A stretch of DNA of 64,000 bases from Blasia pusilla. Taxonomy: Eukaryota. Each line of letters opens with the position of its first letter. Within the stretch, counting starts at the first letter, position 1. The position numbers were made by a program, and so were the translations under genes. Below are positions 42,675-54,338 of this stretch, piece after piece. The stretch is from assembly GCA_050084515.1 (NCBI GenBank), contig CM114271.1, forward strand, positions 31,186,001-31,250,000, in the 5' to 3' direction. A model generated the notes under the pieces. It had not been told where the DNA came from. It worked only from the letters and a program-made list of their open reading frames with translations, and searched no databases.

Positions 42675-43859
42675 AGTTTCCTTGGGCTTGCTTTACGTTA
42701 GCTGTGACGTTGATTCAAGGTGATTGAGTCACTCATATGAAGTCAAGTCAGGTTCGGCTTCAAGAGATGCTAGTGCATTAAGAGAAACTATCTCTTAATG
42801 CAGCAACACCAGTTGACGACAACGACTACACACAGGCTCGGCTCAACAAACCCTAAATACGGGAATCCTCAGGATTTTCCTCAAGGTGAATTCGGCATTG
42901 CATCCAATTCGTTGGCAATGCTCATTTTTTGAACCTTCGCAAGGGCACTCCGTCACAACAGCAAAAGCAACACTCCTCCTAGTATACTACGCCTCTAGAT
43001 ATTCTTGCCCTCCACGTGATGCGGCAAAATGGAAACCAATCTTCTCCGAATGTGACGTCTTAAGACTCCGCTCAATCTCTCTCCACTCTTCTTTGTCCTA
43101 CAGAAACAGCGGCGGCCATTCCCGAGTCTTCTACGACCTTCGCATCTGCCGGTCCCTGCCCTATGCTTCAAAATCCGGTTCTCCGCAGATTTGCGAGAGA
43201 GAGAGTCACCTCACAAATGTCACTATGGGAAAATGACGACCATAGTTTCCTTCCTAACAAAGAGACTTCCGTTGATCAGAACCTAGTGCTCTTGCTGGAT
43301 TGTGTCTCGGGAAATTTGTGAAGAAACCTCAATTCAACCTAGAGTTTGCGCTTACCGCGAAAAACGAGCTCCAAGAGCGTGGGAAAGTACCCAGAGGATT
43401 TAGAATGAAAGTTTAGAAAAAATGATATGTTGTAGTTAGGGTATAATTTGCCAACTTAGTGATAGTTTTAACATAGCAACTATACTTTTAACTACATCAA
43501 ATTATTTCTAATACTACTAGACTACTAATCATAGTCTAGTCTTATTTTTACACGTCATATTGAGGATTAAATTTTAATAAAAAATAATTTGTCATAAATT
43601 CCACGTCTTAGTTGTTTTGCACTAATCTAGTCATTTTTTAATGACATGTCATTAGTTAATAATAATAACATTAAAAAAATTTATTTATTTATTTTAAAAA
43701 AATCCATGTCTCACCCTCTAGTCTAGTCATTCTTAATAACTAAGTAATACTAAATTATGCTACATATTAAAGAGTTATGTAGTGGTATTTTAGTATTGTT
43801 GGATTCTAGTTGTAAGTGGGTTAATGCTAAAAGCTTGTTAAAAAAATTGGTGCATTTTT

Positions 43860-44509
43860 CCAATACTTGAGTGCAAAGTTATGATTAAAGAATTCCGTCA
43901 AGTAGAGAGTTTTCTCTTGTGGCGAGATTTCAATCACGTTGGTGAGACCAAAGTCTCCCACCTTCGTGGCGTTCACAATTGTCCAGGAAAGAGGCCTGCG
44001 CCTCGCACATCCACAAACTCCCATCCCTGATCCTGGTCCTCACTTTCCCGTAATTCCCACCGGATAGATAAATCCTTCCCCTCTTTGTGGCCACGGCGAT
44101 GTCGTTTGGTTGAATCATTGTGTTGTTGCCGCGAAAGGTACTGGCCGTCACTCTCTTGTCCCTCTTCGACTTCAAAACATGGACCACCTACTCATTCTTT
44201 ACGTATGTAGCTAAACCTCCGAGTTCAAAATTCTCGGACACTGATAGCGAAAGAGGAAGCAACCTTATGCCATTAACAACTGCGAAGCTGTCTGGTCCTT
44301 CAAAATCAAAGTCTGCATGACTTTTCCTCGTGCACCGCCGGCGATCCAGCCCAGTCTTGAAGTCCCGTCGCCGCTGTATCCCGTCGCGTAGACATTTCCG
44401 CTGTGATCTACAGAAGTGCCCTCGATGCCGAGCCCAAATTTGGAGATGTGCGAAGTGATGAAATGTTTCTTTACTACCTTCGGCACTGCAGCGCTCAGCG
44501 GAGTGTGAA
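43860..44509 (-). pseudogene. SMP-30/gluconolactonase-like beta-propeller, disrupted and 3'-truncated
   Basis: IEGTSVDHSGNVYA, VNGIRL, QPNDIAV..GRIYLSG, GLTNVIEISPQEKTLYLTE; two frameshifts and one stop. Confidence 0.7.
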
Positions 44510-44816
44510 CTGCAAGTGTTAGTCCGTGACGCTCACGTAACTCTCAATCCTTCCTCCCCGGCCTCGTGCGCTCCACAAATTCCTTTCTTCTCCTCTCCTT
44601 ATTCCGTCACTGTCACCTCTTCATCAACTCTCGCATATTCACGCAATTTTCCGTTCCAAACGCTAGTATTCTCACCTGCATCTCCGAAGAAATGTCGCAC
44701 ATGAAAACGTTTGTGTAGGTTTTGTCCTTCTAACTGATGACAGGATGACGAACATAGACAGCGATCAATCCGCGATCAGTACTTCTATCCTGAATCTGAA
44801 AAGCAGTTGAACTCAC

Positions 44817-45095
44817 CTCTGCAGCTTCTAGTAAATGTCCCTCTTCCTTGCACAAAATACCCCAAAGCGAGAGTGCACACAAATTCCGTTGATCCAGGCA
44901 AAGGGCGTCCGCAAAACTGTCGGACGCTAGGCGCGAGTGACCCTGCATTTGAAGGCAGATTCCTCTCCGACGTATGGGTCCACATTTGGGGCTCAAGCCC
45001 CAGTATATTTTCATGCAGGGCAACCGCATCCGCGAACTTGTTTCTGGACCTTAAGATAGCCGCGTATGAAAGCGCATCTTTTCCTACCAATTTTC
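44817..45095 (-). pseudogene. SPY: SPINDLY N-terminal TPR exon fragment (frameshifted)
   Basis: GKDALSYAAILRSRNKFADAVAL and GICLQMQ...SFADALCLD..NLCAL..GILCKEEGHLLEAAE, ending at a GTGAGT donor. Recognised as SPY from memory; no later SPY exons in the window. Confidence 0.85.
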
Positions 45096-45989
45096 GTACC
45101 GCAATGCCGGAATTGCAAGTTTGAATCCAATCTCCACATCGAATCCTCTCCAAACTCCTCGCATCGTCACCTTATCTAATTACCCACATTCTCTATGGGC
45201 AACATATTACTGTTATAACAATTGACTTGGGTGTGCAGGTTCCAATTGACTTGGGCTGTACAGTTCTCTTGGTTGGCATCTACAAACACATTCGGGGAGA
45301 GAACGACATAAGGTAAGTCCTTATTGTTCTCACACTGATTATAGCACTACAAATCTATGTTCCATGTTGTGTTCTGCTAATTTTTTCTCTTTCACTACTA
45401 CAAACTAGTTTCTGTATGCTATTCGCAAGGGCCACTTAATTTCCATGCACAAGTACCTACTGTGGGTATTTTTCTATCACATAATTTTACGCGATAGGGA
45501 GGTGAGACTACTTTACTCAGGTATGCTCATATGAGCCATCTAATTAGCTTAGTATCTCATTCTTAATTGGAACGCTGTTTAGAGTCATAAGTCTTCTCTC
45601 TTCTGCTCTTTGCTTCTATCCCAGCTCCCTCTATCTCGAAGCTCCCCTCGCACCTAGTCGCCATAGACACGTTCCTCTCTAGACACGCCATAGACTATAT
45701 TTGATTCAACTCTCAACAAGCCATCCTTATCCACAACTGCATCATTATCATAATGTCACCAAGTAGAAACCAGGATTACAATTGTGAGCCGCCTAACGAT
45801 AATTTACAACAAATACAACATACTCGTACAAATAGTAGTAGGAGAACACTTTGTCACTCCAACCATCTTCAAAGATTGAATCCTCTAATGAAGTGTAGAG
45901 AGAGAGCTAGGAAAAGGATGTTTGTAACAATGCGACTCTCTTGTAAAACAATGTGCTATCATTGGTCGATTATGGGCCAACTCCTTTCA

Positions 45990-48900
45990 AAATGGAGAAA
46001 ATTATGCCATAACTTTATAAATCAGTTACAATGTTGTGGTTATTGTGGGCATATTCTTTTTCCAACGTCTCATACACAAATGTGTATTTTAAAATCCACT
46101 GAATATCCACCATATGCTTTGTGTTATGGATTCCTTGCTTCCTTCATAATCCCAAGGCTTGGGGAGTTTTACATTTGTGATTTGTGTAGTACTTAAGAGC
46201 CCCGCACCAATTTCAACTCATATATGACTCGTGCATACATGAGAGATATTCTCTCTGCCAATCCATTACACTTACAACTCTTGTCCATTTTTTATTCTCA
46301 AATTGGTATATAGAGCAAATTTAATGAATTTCACAAAGGTTTCTTCCAGCCCACATCTCTAATAGATAACCCATTAGTTGGATGGAGTATTAACACCAAT
46401 TCACGATATAGTGAAGAGTATCCAAAAGTTTCCAACAAACATATTTAACAATGGATGCATATCAATTAGAAGGGAGGCTAATAATAGAGAAATTTTCCTT
46501 ACAGACTCCTCAGGAAAATCTCTTGACAAACGCCTCACTATAGAGATAGACATCTTCCCATTCTTATTTCCCTATCTTCGTGGATATTTCTCCGATCAGA
46601 TTTCTTCCCCTGATTATATAAAAGCAAGATCTAGATAGTTCTTCAGCCTTTTCTCACTCTACAAACCATATTCTTTGATCATGTATCAGTTACGTCAGTC
46701 ACTTTCTCTTTGCTCATCTTCACAGACTTTCATATTGAATAGAGACCTAGACGCACTTAGGACACAGAAGCCTAACCTAGCCGAGGAAGACCTCTACTTT
46801 CACTTATCTAAACACTCAGTGAGCCCGCAAATGCCTAGAAGTCCTTCAAGGCATAGACGTCACTTAAAAGACATTAAGGCCATGGTCCATAAATGGGGTA
46901 TGCCCCACTTTTTTCTAACTCTTACCTCCGATGAGGTATCTGAGACTATGTGGCCTGAAATTGCTTATATTGAAGTAATACTTCAGAAGTTCAACTCTGA
47001 TTTTACATGGAGAGATGCATCAGCCGAGTGCACACAACTCTTCCATACTCGTATTCACACATTCTTATCACGATTTATATTTTTTGGACCACAAATTCTT
47101 GGGAACATATTGGACTATGTACTTAGATACAAGCTTCAAGGTAGAGGTAGCCTTCGCTGCCATATGATAGTATGGGTAGATGCTACATACATTGAACGTG
47201 TAAGTTCAAAATTTGTGTCTACATTCCCCAAGACATTCCCACTTGTCCTACCTCACAAACACCTCAAACTTGCAATAAGCCTTGCTCTCTCCTAGCCAAA
47301 TATGTCAAAACTAAGCAAATGCATAAATGGAAGTATTGTGTATATGCACAGTACAAAATCTAAAAACCAACGGCCATACTATAGATTTGGCTTTCCCGCT
47401 GAGGTTAGCACATCGATAGCATCTGTTATTGACCTAGTAACTTTAAGGTGGAAAAATTTCAAACCCTCCCACGAACACATAAATGTGATACCATACCATC
47501 CAAAAAATACTCTTGTTATGGGGAGCTCACATGAACATACAACGTGTAACAAACACTGAATGGTCTTTCTACTTGTTAAAATATGTACTTAAGCCTGAGC
47601 CAACGAGACCCCTTGATATATATTCATACTACATCCGCAAGGTGTCTAAGACTAGAAATCTTAGATGAGGTGAGGCTAAAACTAGTATCCGGAATGGTTT
47701 TGAACAGAATTGTATCATCCACTAAAGCATGCCTTACTTCAATGCAAATACCCATTATTTTCCGTTCACAAGATGTGAAATACGTACATCGACTAAAACC
47801 CTTCTTTACGCAAAACTTACTTGTACAAACATGCATCATTACCCAGTATACATCCTGCAACTCTCAACTGCAATAGGCCTCCCCAACTTAGGGAACAACA
47901 CATTCATGCAATACTCGTCCAATCATGAACTACTGAAAACTTGCCCTAAAAATAGGCTAAACTCAGTCGTAGGACATGATTCTCTTGGTAACTTTGTACT
48001 AAACACCACAAGGCTTATTACATTTACGGACTTTCATCCATTCCACCTATGGAATGAATTTTCCTTCTCTATATTACTTCAAACCATCCCATTCAGATCT
48101 GAGCACGAATTTCTATCATCTAACTGTAGCGAATGGACATATTTGCATGAATGTCTACATCGATCTATTCTCACAAATTTCAATGACATCCAGAAGCTCA
48201 TAAATGACCATGCCATTTAAAATTTATGGAGTAAAGTTCATACATCAAAAATCATTTCAAAAACTTCTGATATTCTCCAGCCTTACTTATAGCAAGACCT
48301 AAATCACATTGTCAACAAGACTCAACCTCTTTGCTCTACAACCATTGATATTGAAAACATACCTACCCCTCCTCCTGAACCCTCTATACTAAATCGAGAA
48401 CAACTACAACTATTTCACACCATAAATCAATTTTCATCTGGTCTAGTTTTTCGGAAAGGTGCACCTGGTAGTGGAAAGTTTTTCTTCATAAACTTTATGT
48501 GAGCCTATTGGAGTTCCAAGCATCTCTCAACACTACTCACAGCCACCATAGGAATTGCTGCAACAAGACTCCATACTAGTGCTGTAACGTTACTCTTAGC
48601 ATTTTCTATTCCAATTCAAGGTGAGTTATCAAACATGCATGCTTCATCACATAATTCTATTAGATTAAACAAAGCATTAGTTATTGTAGTAGATGAGTGT
48701 TCTAAGCTCACTCCATGTTTATTACAAATTCTAGCAATGAGGTTAGTTGAATGTTCATCCTCACGTGGCCATAATCCATTCAACAGTAAGCTAGTTATAC
48801 TTGTAGGTGACATGTATCAATTACTCCCTCAATGCAACCACAAAGCCAAACCATTTTGTCAAATATGCCATCTATACTCATCACCATTCCTCGCTAATGC

Positions 48901-49130
48901 TGTAACTTATGAATTATCAACACCTATGCAACAATTTTTCTGACCCACCTTTTTTGCTTTAAATTTCTTAAAATCCTTACGGTCTTCACAACCTTCTACT
49001 TCACAAATTCAGACTTGTCTAGGGTATTTCTTTGTAGATAACGATCAAGCTATTGATTTCATCACTGATGAAATAACAATCAATTGCTCCCATCGTTTTG
49101 ATGTGAAGTTATTTAATGGTATTTGTCTTA
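45990..49130 (+). mobile_element. Helitron RepHel pseudogene
   Basis: Rep motifs PHFFLTLT, YKLQGRGSLRCHMIVW, YLLKY; Pif1 helicase motifs GAPGSGK, VIVVDECS, PFNSKLVILVGDMYQL; many stops. Termini not found. Confidence 0.88.
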
Positions 49131-50204
49131 GAAGAATTTTTGGTCAAGCGTCTATAGAAGAAATCAATATTGTAACCGATGCGCCATCTACGCCTAAGTT
49201 TAAACATTAGATAGAAAACGATGATTATGCTACCCACATCCCAAGTTCTCACATCCCAATTGTGGCCTTGCATGGAATGTTTTTTCATGTAATTTAGAAG
49301 CGTGGCTGATTGAGATGACCATGTATTCCTAGCTTCAGAAATCATCACAGTGGAATGGAGATGCAATCGTCCACCTTGATTATTATGAGGTGTGGGCAAA
49401 GGCTTATTGGAGCCATTTGAAATCTGGATATGGGTACTAGATCCTACTAGGTCTTGAGGCAAAGATATGCATATTGGACTTGAGGCACTTCCTCGAGTAG
49501 ATGGGGGAGTAATAACTTCCAAAGCATCTTGGACGTCATCTCGATTATTATTAATGACCTCCAAGTTGTCTAGATCTACTAGTTTTCTCTTCATTGAAAC
49601 CACATCTTTTGCACGATACATTGGCTCCATTACATAACAACTTCCGCTAAGGTCTGCTACATCTATATCTGCCTCAAAGTCTCTATTGACTCTCCCATCA
49701 TCTTTATCCTAGAAGTGAAATTCACTCTTGAAGTGGGTTTTGGCTAGGCGAGAACGAAGATCACTTAGTTTCTTGTCTTGTTTGTGGAATAAGAAGCCAC
49801 AACTGCTTCAAACTTTGTGGGATTAGACATAGCATCTATTATCGAAATAATCTATCTTTGGTACCCATAGCTAGTGATAGAGCAAGCCTGCAATAACATA
49901 ATAGAAAAAACCACAAATCAATTTAGCATATACATACACTTTCAACGTCCTTGGTCTCTTTAATCATGACAAAACATATGCAATCATTCAAATCATGAGA
50001 CTAGATGGCATCTTGGGTATGTCTCACTCACCAATAAGTAAAGTAGTACTTTGAATATCACCCATCCTCCACCCCTCTCTCCTTCTTGTCATGGATCCTC
50101 CTACATGACATCGAGCAAGCTAGTAAGAAGGCCTTGCTTACCAAGTATCAACCAAGTCTGTCAAGAAGGTATCACGATCTTATGTCCTTACAGATCCCCT
50201 AAAA

Positions 50205-50357
<153 letters not shown>

Positions 50358-51242
50358 ATTTGCCACGGTGGATCTCATAATTGAGCAATGGAGCTAATCT
50401 TAACGTGCAAAAACCTACAGAATTAAGAAATATAAAAGTAGGAATATAGAAGGGCAAGTTAGGAAGACGTCTTCCTAGAGAACTACATGTGTCGTGCGAA
50501 TCCACATCGTCATACAACATACATCGCTGACATACCATACTCACATACATACATAACATAGACGAGAGCATCCACAAACACAAGAGTACCACAACTGAAA
50601 TCCGTGAAAGACCTACATCATAAAACACGTATAGAAGCACATACAATCGAGCCAAACCCACTCCACGATGGGAGAATCTAGGTCGAAGCTTGCGGGAAAC
50701 ACCATAGCCAAGAGCTCTACTCACTACCAAGGCTAACTCCCAACGCAACAGGCTCAACTCAAAGAACAGACTGTTCTTTGAGTGCACTCCATCTTATATC
50801 CTCCAACCTAAGAGCGGGCCCTCTTGGAAAACTCTCCCTCAAATGAGTGACACCCAACCCTATGTATGAAATCGCATCTCTACCAAAACACTACGGCCCT
50901 ACATAAGGTATGGCCTCTACTAGCACACTATACTCTACGACATAATCCCTATGGTCATGACAGCTGTCGTGCGAATCCACATCGTCATACAACATACATC
51001 GCTGACATACCATACTCACATACATATATAACATAGACGAGAGCATCCACAAACACAAGTGTATCACAACTCGCCCCCTTAGTGGCGGTTAGGTCCCTCT
51101 AATTCCCAGGTAGCCCTATACATCTACTACATGCTATACACCTTCTTGGGTGCATGAATCAGAAGGCCGGGTGCTAGGTTGCCCCATCGTTAGTCGCACA
51201 TCTGTAATCCATATCATGCAAAGATCAAGTCATCTACCTCTC

Positions 51243-52560
51243 CTAAGTACATCGAGGACAAACCCACCTTCCAATAGGAAAAATATCCATACGTGGAGTC
51301 AAACACATCATGTGCCAACCCCTAGAACACCGATCACACACCAACATACGGGCTGCGTTACCAGCAGACCCACACAACATGCACCTCAAGCTAGCACGTA
51401 TCATGGCTAAGCTTGGGTCAACAGTACCATCCACATTTGGAAGATGATATGGCGCACAATTACGCACATGGTCCTTCCAAACAACTCCATCACGACCCTC
51501 CAACATGAGAACTCCAGAAGCTAACACCTCGCGCACTCGTAAAATAGTACAGCCTGCCGTCACATCCAACGTTGTCGGTGCAATCTGCTGCAAATAGACA
51601 TAGTCTCCCACATGGAACCTACAAATCGATGGTCGAAAACCTCCACCCCGAATGGTTGCATACCGAAACGTATCCCTGTGTTGAGCAATGGCAAGATTCT
51701 CAAAGGCTGTTGGCATCACTCTCCGAAAGAGCTCTGCCCACTGAGAACACACTCTCATCCACATCTCTGGGTCATCAAGGTTCACCACCTCACTAGAATC
51801 CCGACAAATTGCTGCTGGCAAGTCTGGATCTCGGCCGTATAACAGAAAATAAGGTGAGAAGGAAGCCAAGGATGCTTGGCGACTGAACCTATACCCCATG
51901 GCAACTGAATATCCCAGTCTCCAAGATGCCCCTTATGTAGGCCATACTTACGCAATGCCCTCTTCACCGTCTGAACCACACGCTCAGCCAAACCATCCGC
52001 CTCTGGATGATCTCGAGACGTGGTCCGATGATCAATCAACGCCTTGTCACACAAGACCTGAAACTCACCCTGAAACTCTGTACCCTGGTCGGTCAGAACT
52101 TCAGCTGGTGTACCAAAATGACTAAGCACTCTATCAAGAAACGCATACGCCATTCCCTCACTTTCCTTGTCCGGTAATGTCACCAACTCAATCCACTTGG
52201 AGAAGTGCTCCACCATCACCAACACATATCGATGATGTTGTACAGTTTACGGTAACGGTCCCGCAAAGTCCACACTCCAACGGTAACCCAACCCCATAAT
52301 AGGCAAGGGGTGTAATTGTGGTGTAGGGGCATTGAATGATGCCCTCACCCGGTCACAAACCATATAACGTGACACCAACTTCTGCACCTGAGTATGCATG
52401 CCACGCCACCAATACTGGCCAAGGAGTAAGCTATACCCCAAAATGTTCCAACTCCTCATGGGCATGTCATACAATGCGCTCTCTCTGAGCCAAATGCGGC
52501 ACTACTCGTACTCTACCATCCTCCCACACACGGAGAATATGTGTTCCCTCCAATCGATAC
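51243..52560 (-). pseudogene. DDE integrase with C-terminal PHD finger, copy A (frameshifted)
   Basis: YWWRGM...CDRV zinc-binding region; core VDFAGP, TDQGTEF, GLAERVVQTVK; PHD CMLC-x11-CDRC-x3-WHMMC-x12-WVCPRC (C4HC3) at ~51246-51390. Confidence 0.92.
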
Positions 52561-52799
52561 CTCTTAGCACGTTGAAGAACACGGTCTCGCTCCTTGGCAC
52601 TCACTATGCCTGGCACCCTACTGGTCCATAGGAACTCCAATACCAACGCATCATCATGAATATCACGCTGATCCGTACCACCATCTCCAACCTTAGGATC
52701 TGAAGGCTGGCCATCTACCCTCTGACTAGAGTAAGATATCATGTGGTCCTCCATACTAGAGTCCACCCCTAACCAACATAAAAGGGTGGATGCATGCCA

Positions 52800-54332
52800 A
52801 CCTGGCACCATCTCCTCATCAACCTCGCCATGCCATCTAGCCCCAGTTGTATCCTCTTGGCTAGTACATGGGTTCCTACTCAACCCATCAGCATCAAGGT
52901 TGGCAACTCCGGGTCCATGTACCACCTGGAAGTCATATTCCTGTAAGATAAGAGCCACCGTGCAAGCTTCCCTGTAAGCTTGTCAGACTCCATCAACCAC
53001 TTGAGCGGCTGGTGATCAGTAACAAGGGTAAACTGTGTGCCAAACAAGTAACACCTAAAGTGTGCCCACTGCCCACACTCTTGCCAAGCACTCTCCTTCA
53101 TATGAACTATAGCGCGACTCCGCTGCATTATTCGAACGACTTGCATAGGCCACCACAAACTCCATGTGCTCATCATCATGTTGTGTCAACACCGCTCCAA
53201 GTCCCAACCTACTCCAATCAGTGTGTAACTGAAATGGGCGCCCTCTGATATGTCTCCTCAAGATAGGCGCCGCCACCAACTGGGCCTTAAGCTCCACAAA
53301 AGCTCTCTCCTCATCATCTCCCCAATGCCACTCTTGATCTGATTTCAGAAATTGGTTCAAAGGCTTTGCCATAGCCCTAAATCCCTTCACATACCTCTGA
53401 TAGTATTTCGCCAATCCCATGAATGCTCGAACTCTACTCACATCTACCGGACGCGGAATAAGTGCAATAGCCTCCACCTTTGCTTGCTGAACTCCCAAAC
53501 CACCTAGATAGATCACATGACCCAAGTACTCAACATCCTCATGGAAGAACTTACACTTTCTTGGATGCAAACGTAGACCATGAGCTTTCAACCGCTCAAA
53601 CACCATCTGCAAATGTATCTGATGCTCCTCCACCGTGTTACTGAACACCAAGATATCATCAATGTAACACCAAACAAAATCCAGCCCTGCTAGGATCCTG
53701 TCCATCACTCTCTGAAACTCGGCAGGTGCATTCTTCAACCCAAAGGGTAAGAATTTCCACTGGTACAAACAATCCTTGCCATGAGAGTTGACACCCCAAA
53801 ATGCTGCCTTGGCCTTGTCACTCTCGAATCGGCAATTGATGGTATCTCGCCAAGATCAAATACTGAAAATCTTTGCCTGTCCCACCACATCAAAGATCTC
53901 CTCAGGTATAGGCATGGCATACCTATCGGCCTTGGTTTGCCGATTGATAGGAAGATAATCTCCATACATCCGCCTATCCATGTAGTTGCCATGCATATCC
54001 TTTTTAGCAAGCATGACAGTGGCTGATGCATACTCTCCATGCAAAAACTCCACTAATCCAGCCTCCAAAAGGTCCAACGTCCTACTCTGAATCAGGTCCC
54101 TCTCCATATCACTATATCGGTAGGGACGACGGAAGATTGGCGTATCACTAGCCAAATCAATCCGTATACCGGGTCCAACCAGAGAACCCAACTCCTTCAT
54201 GCTAAAGGCAAAACAACTCCTATAAGCACGTAGGAACCGTGTCAGCCGTTTCTCACCTCCCGTAAGCTTGGGCCCAAGTAATGGCTCCCAAGTCTCCTCC
54301 ACTGGCACACTAGAGGGAGAGGACAATGCCAT
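52800..54332 (-). pseudogene. Reverse transcriptase and RNase H of copy A (frameshifted)
   Basis: PIFRRPYRYS, LPFGLKNAPAEFQRVMD, YIDD; RNase H HTDWS, YEGECLA, TDHQPL, DADGLSR, spread over several frames. Confidence 0.95.
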
Positions 54333-54338
54333 TGGCTG

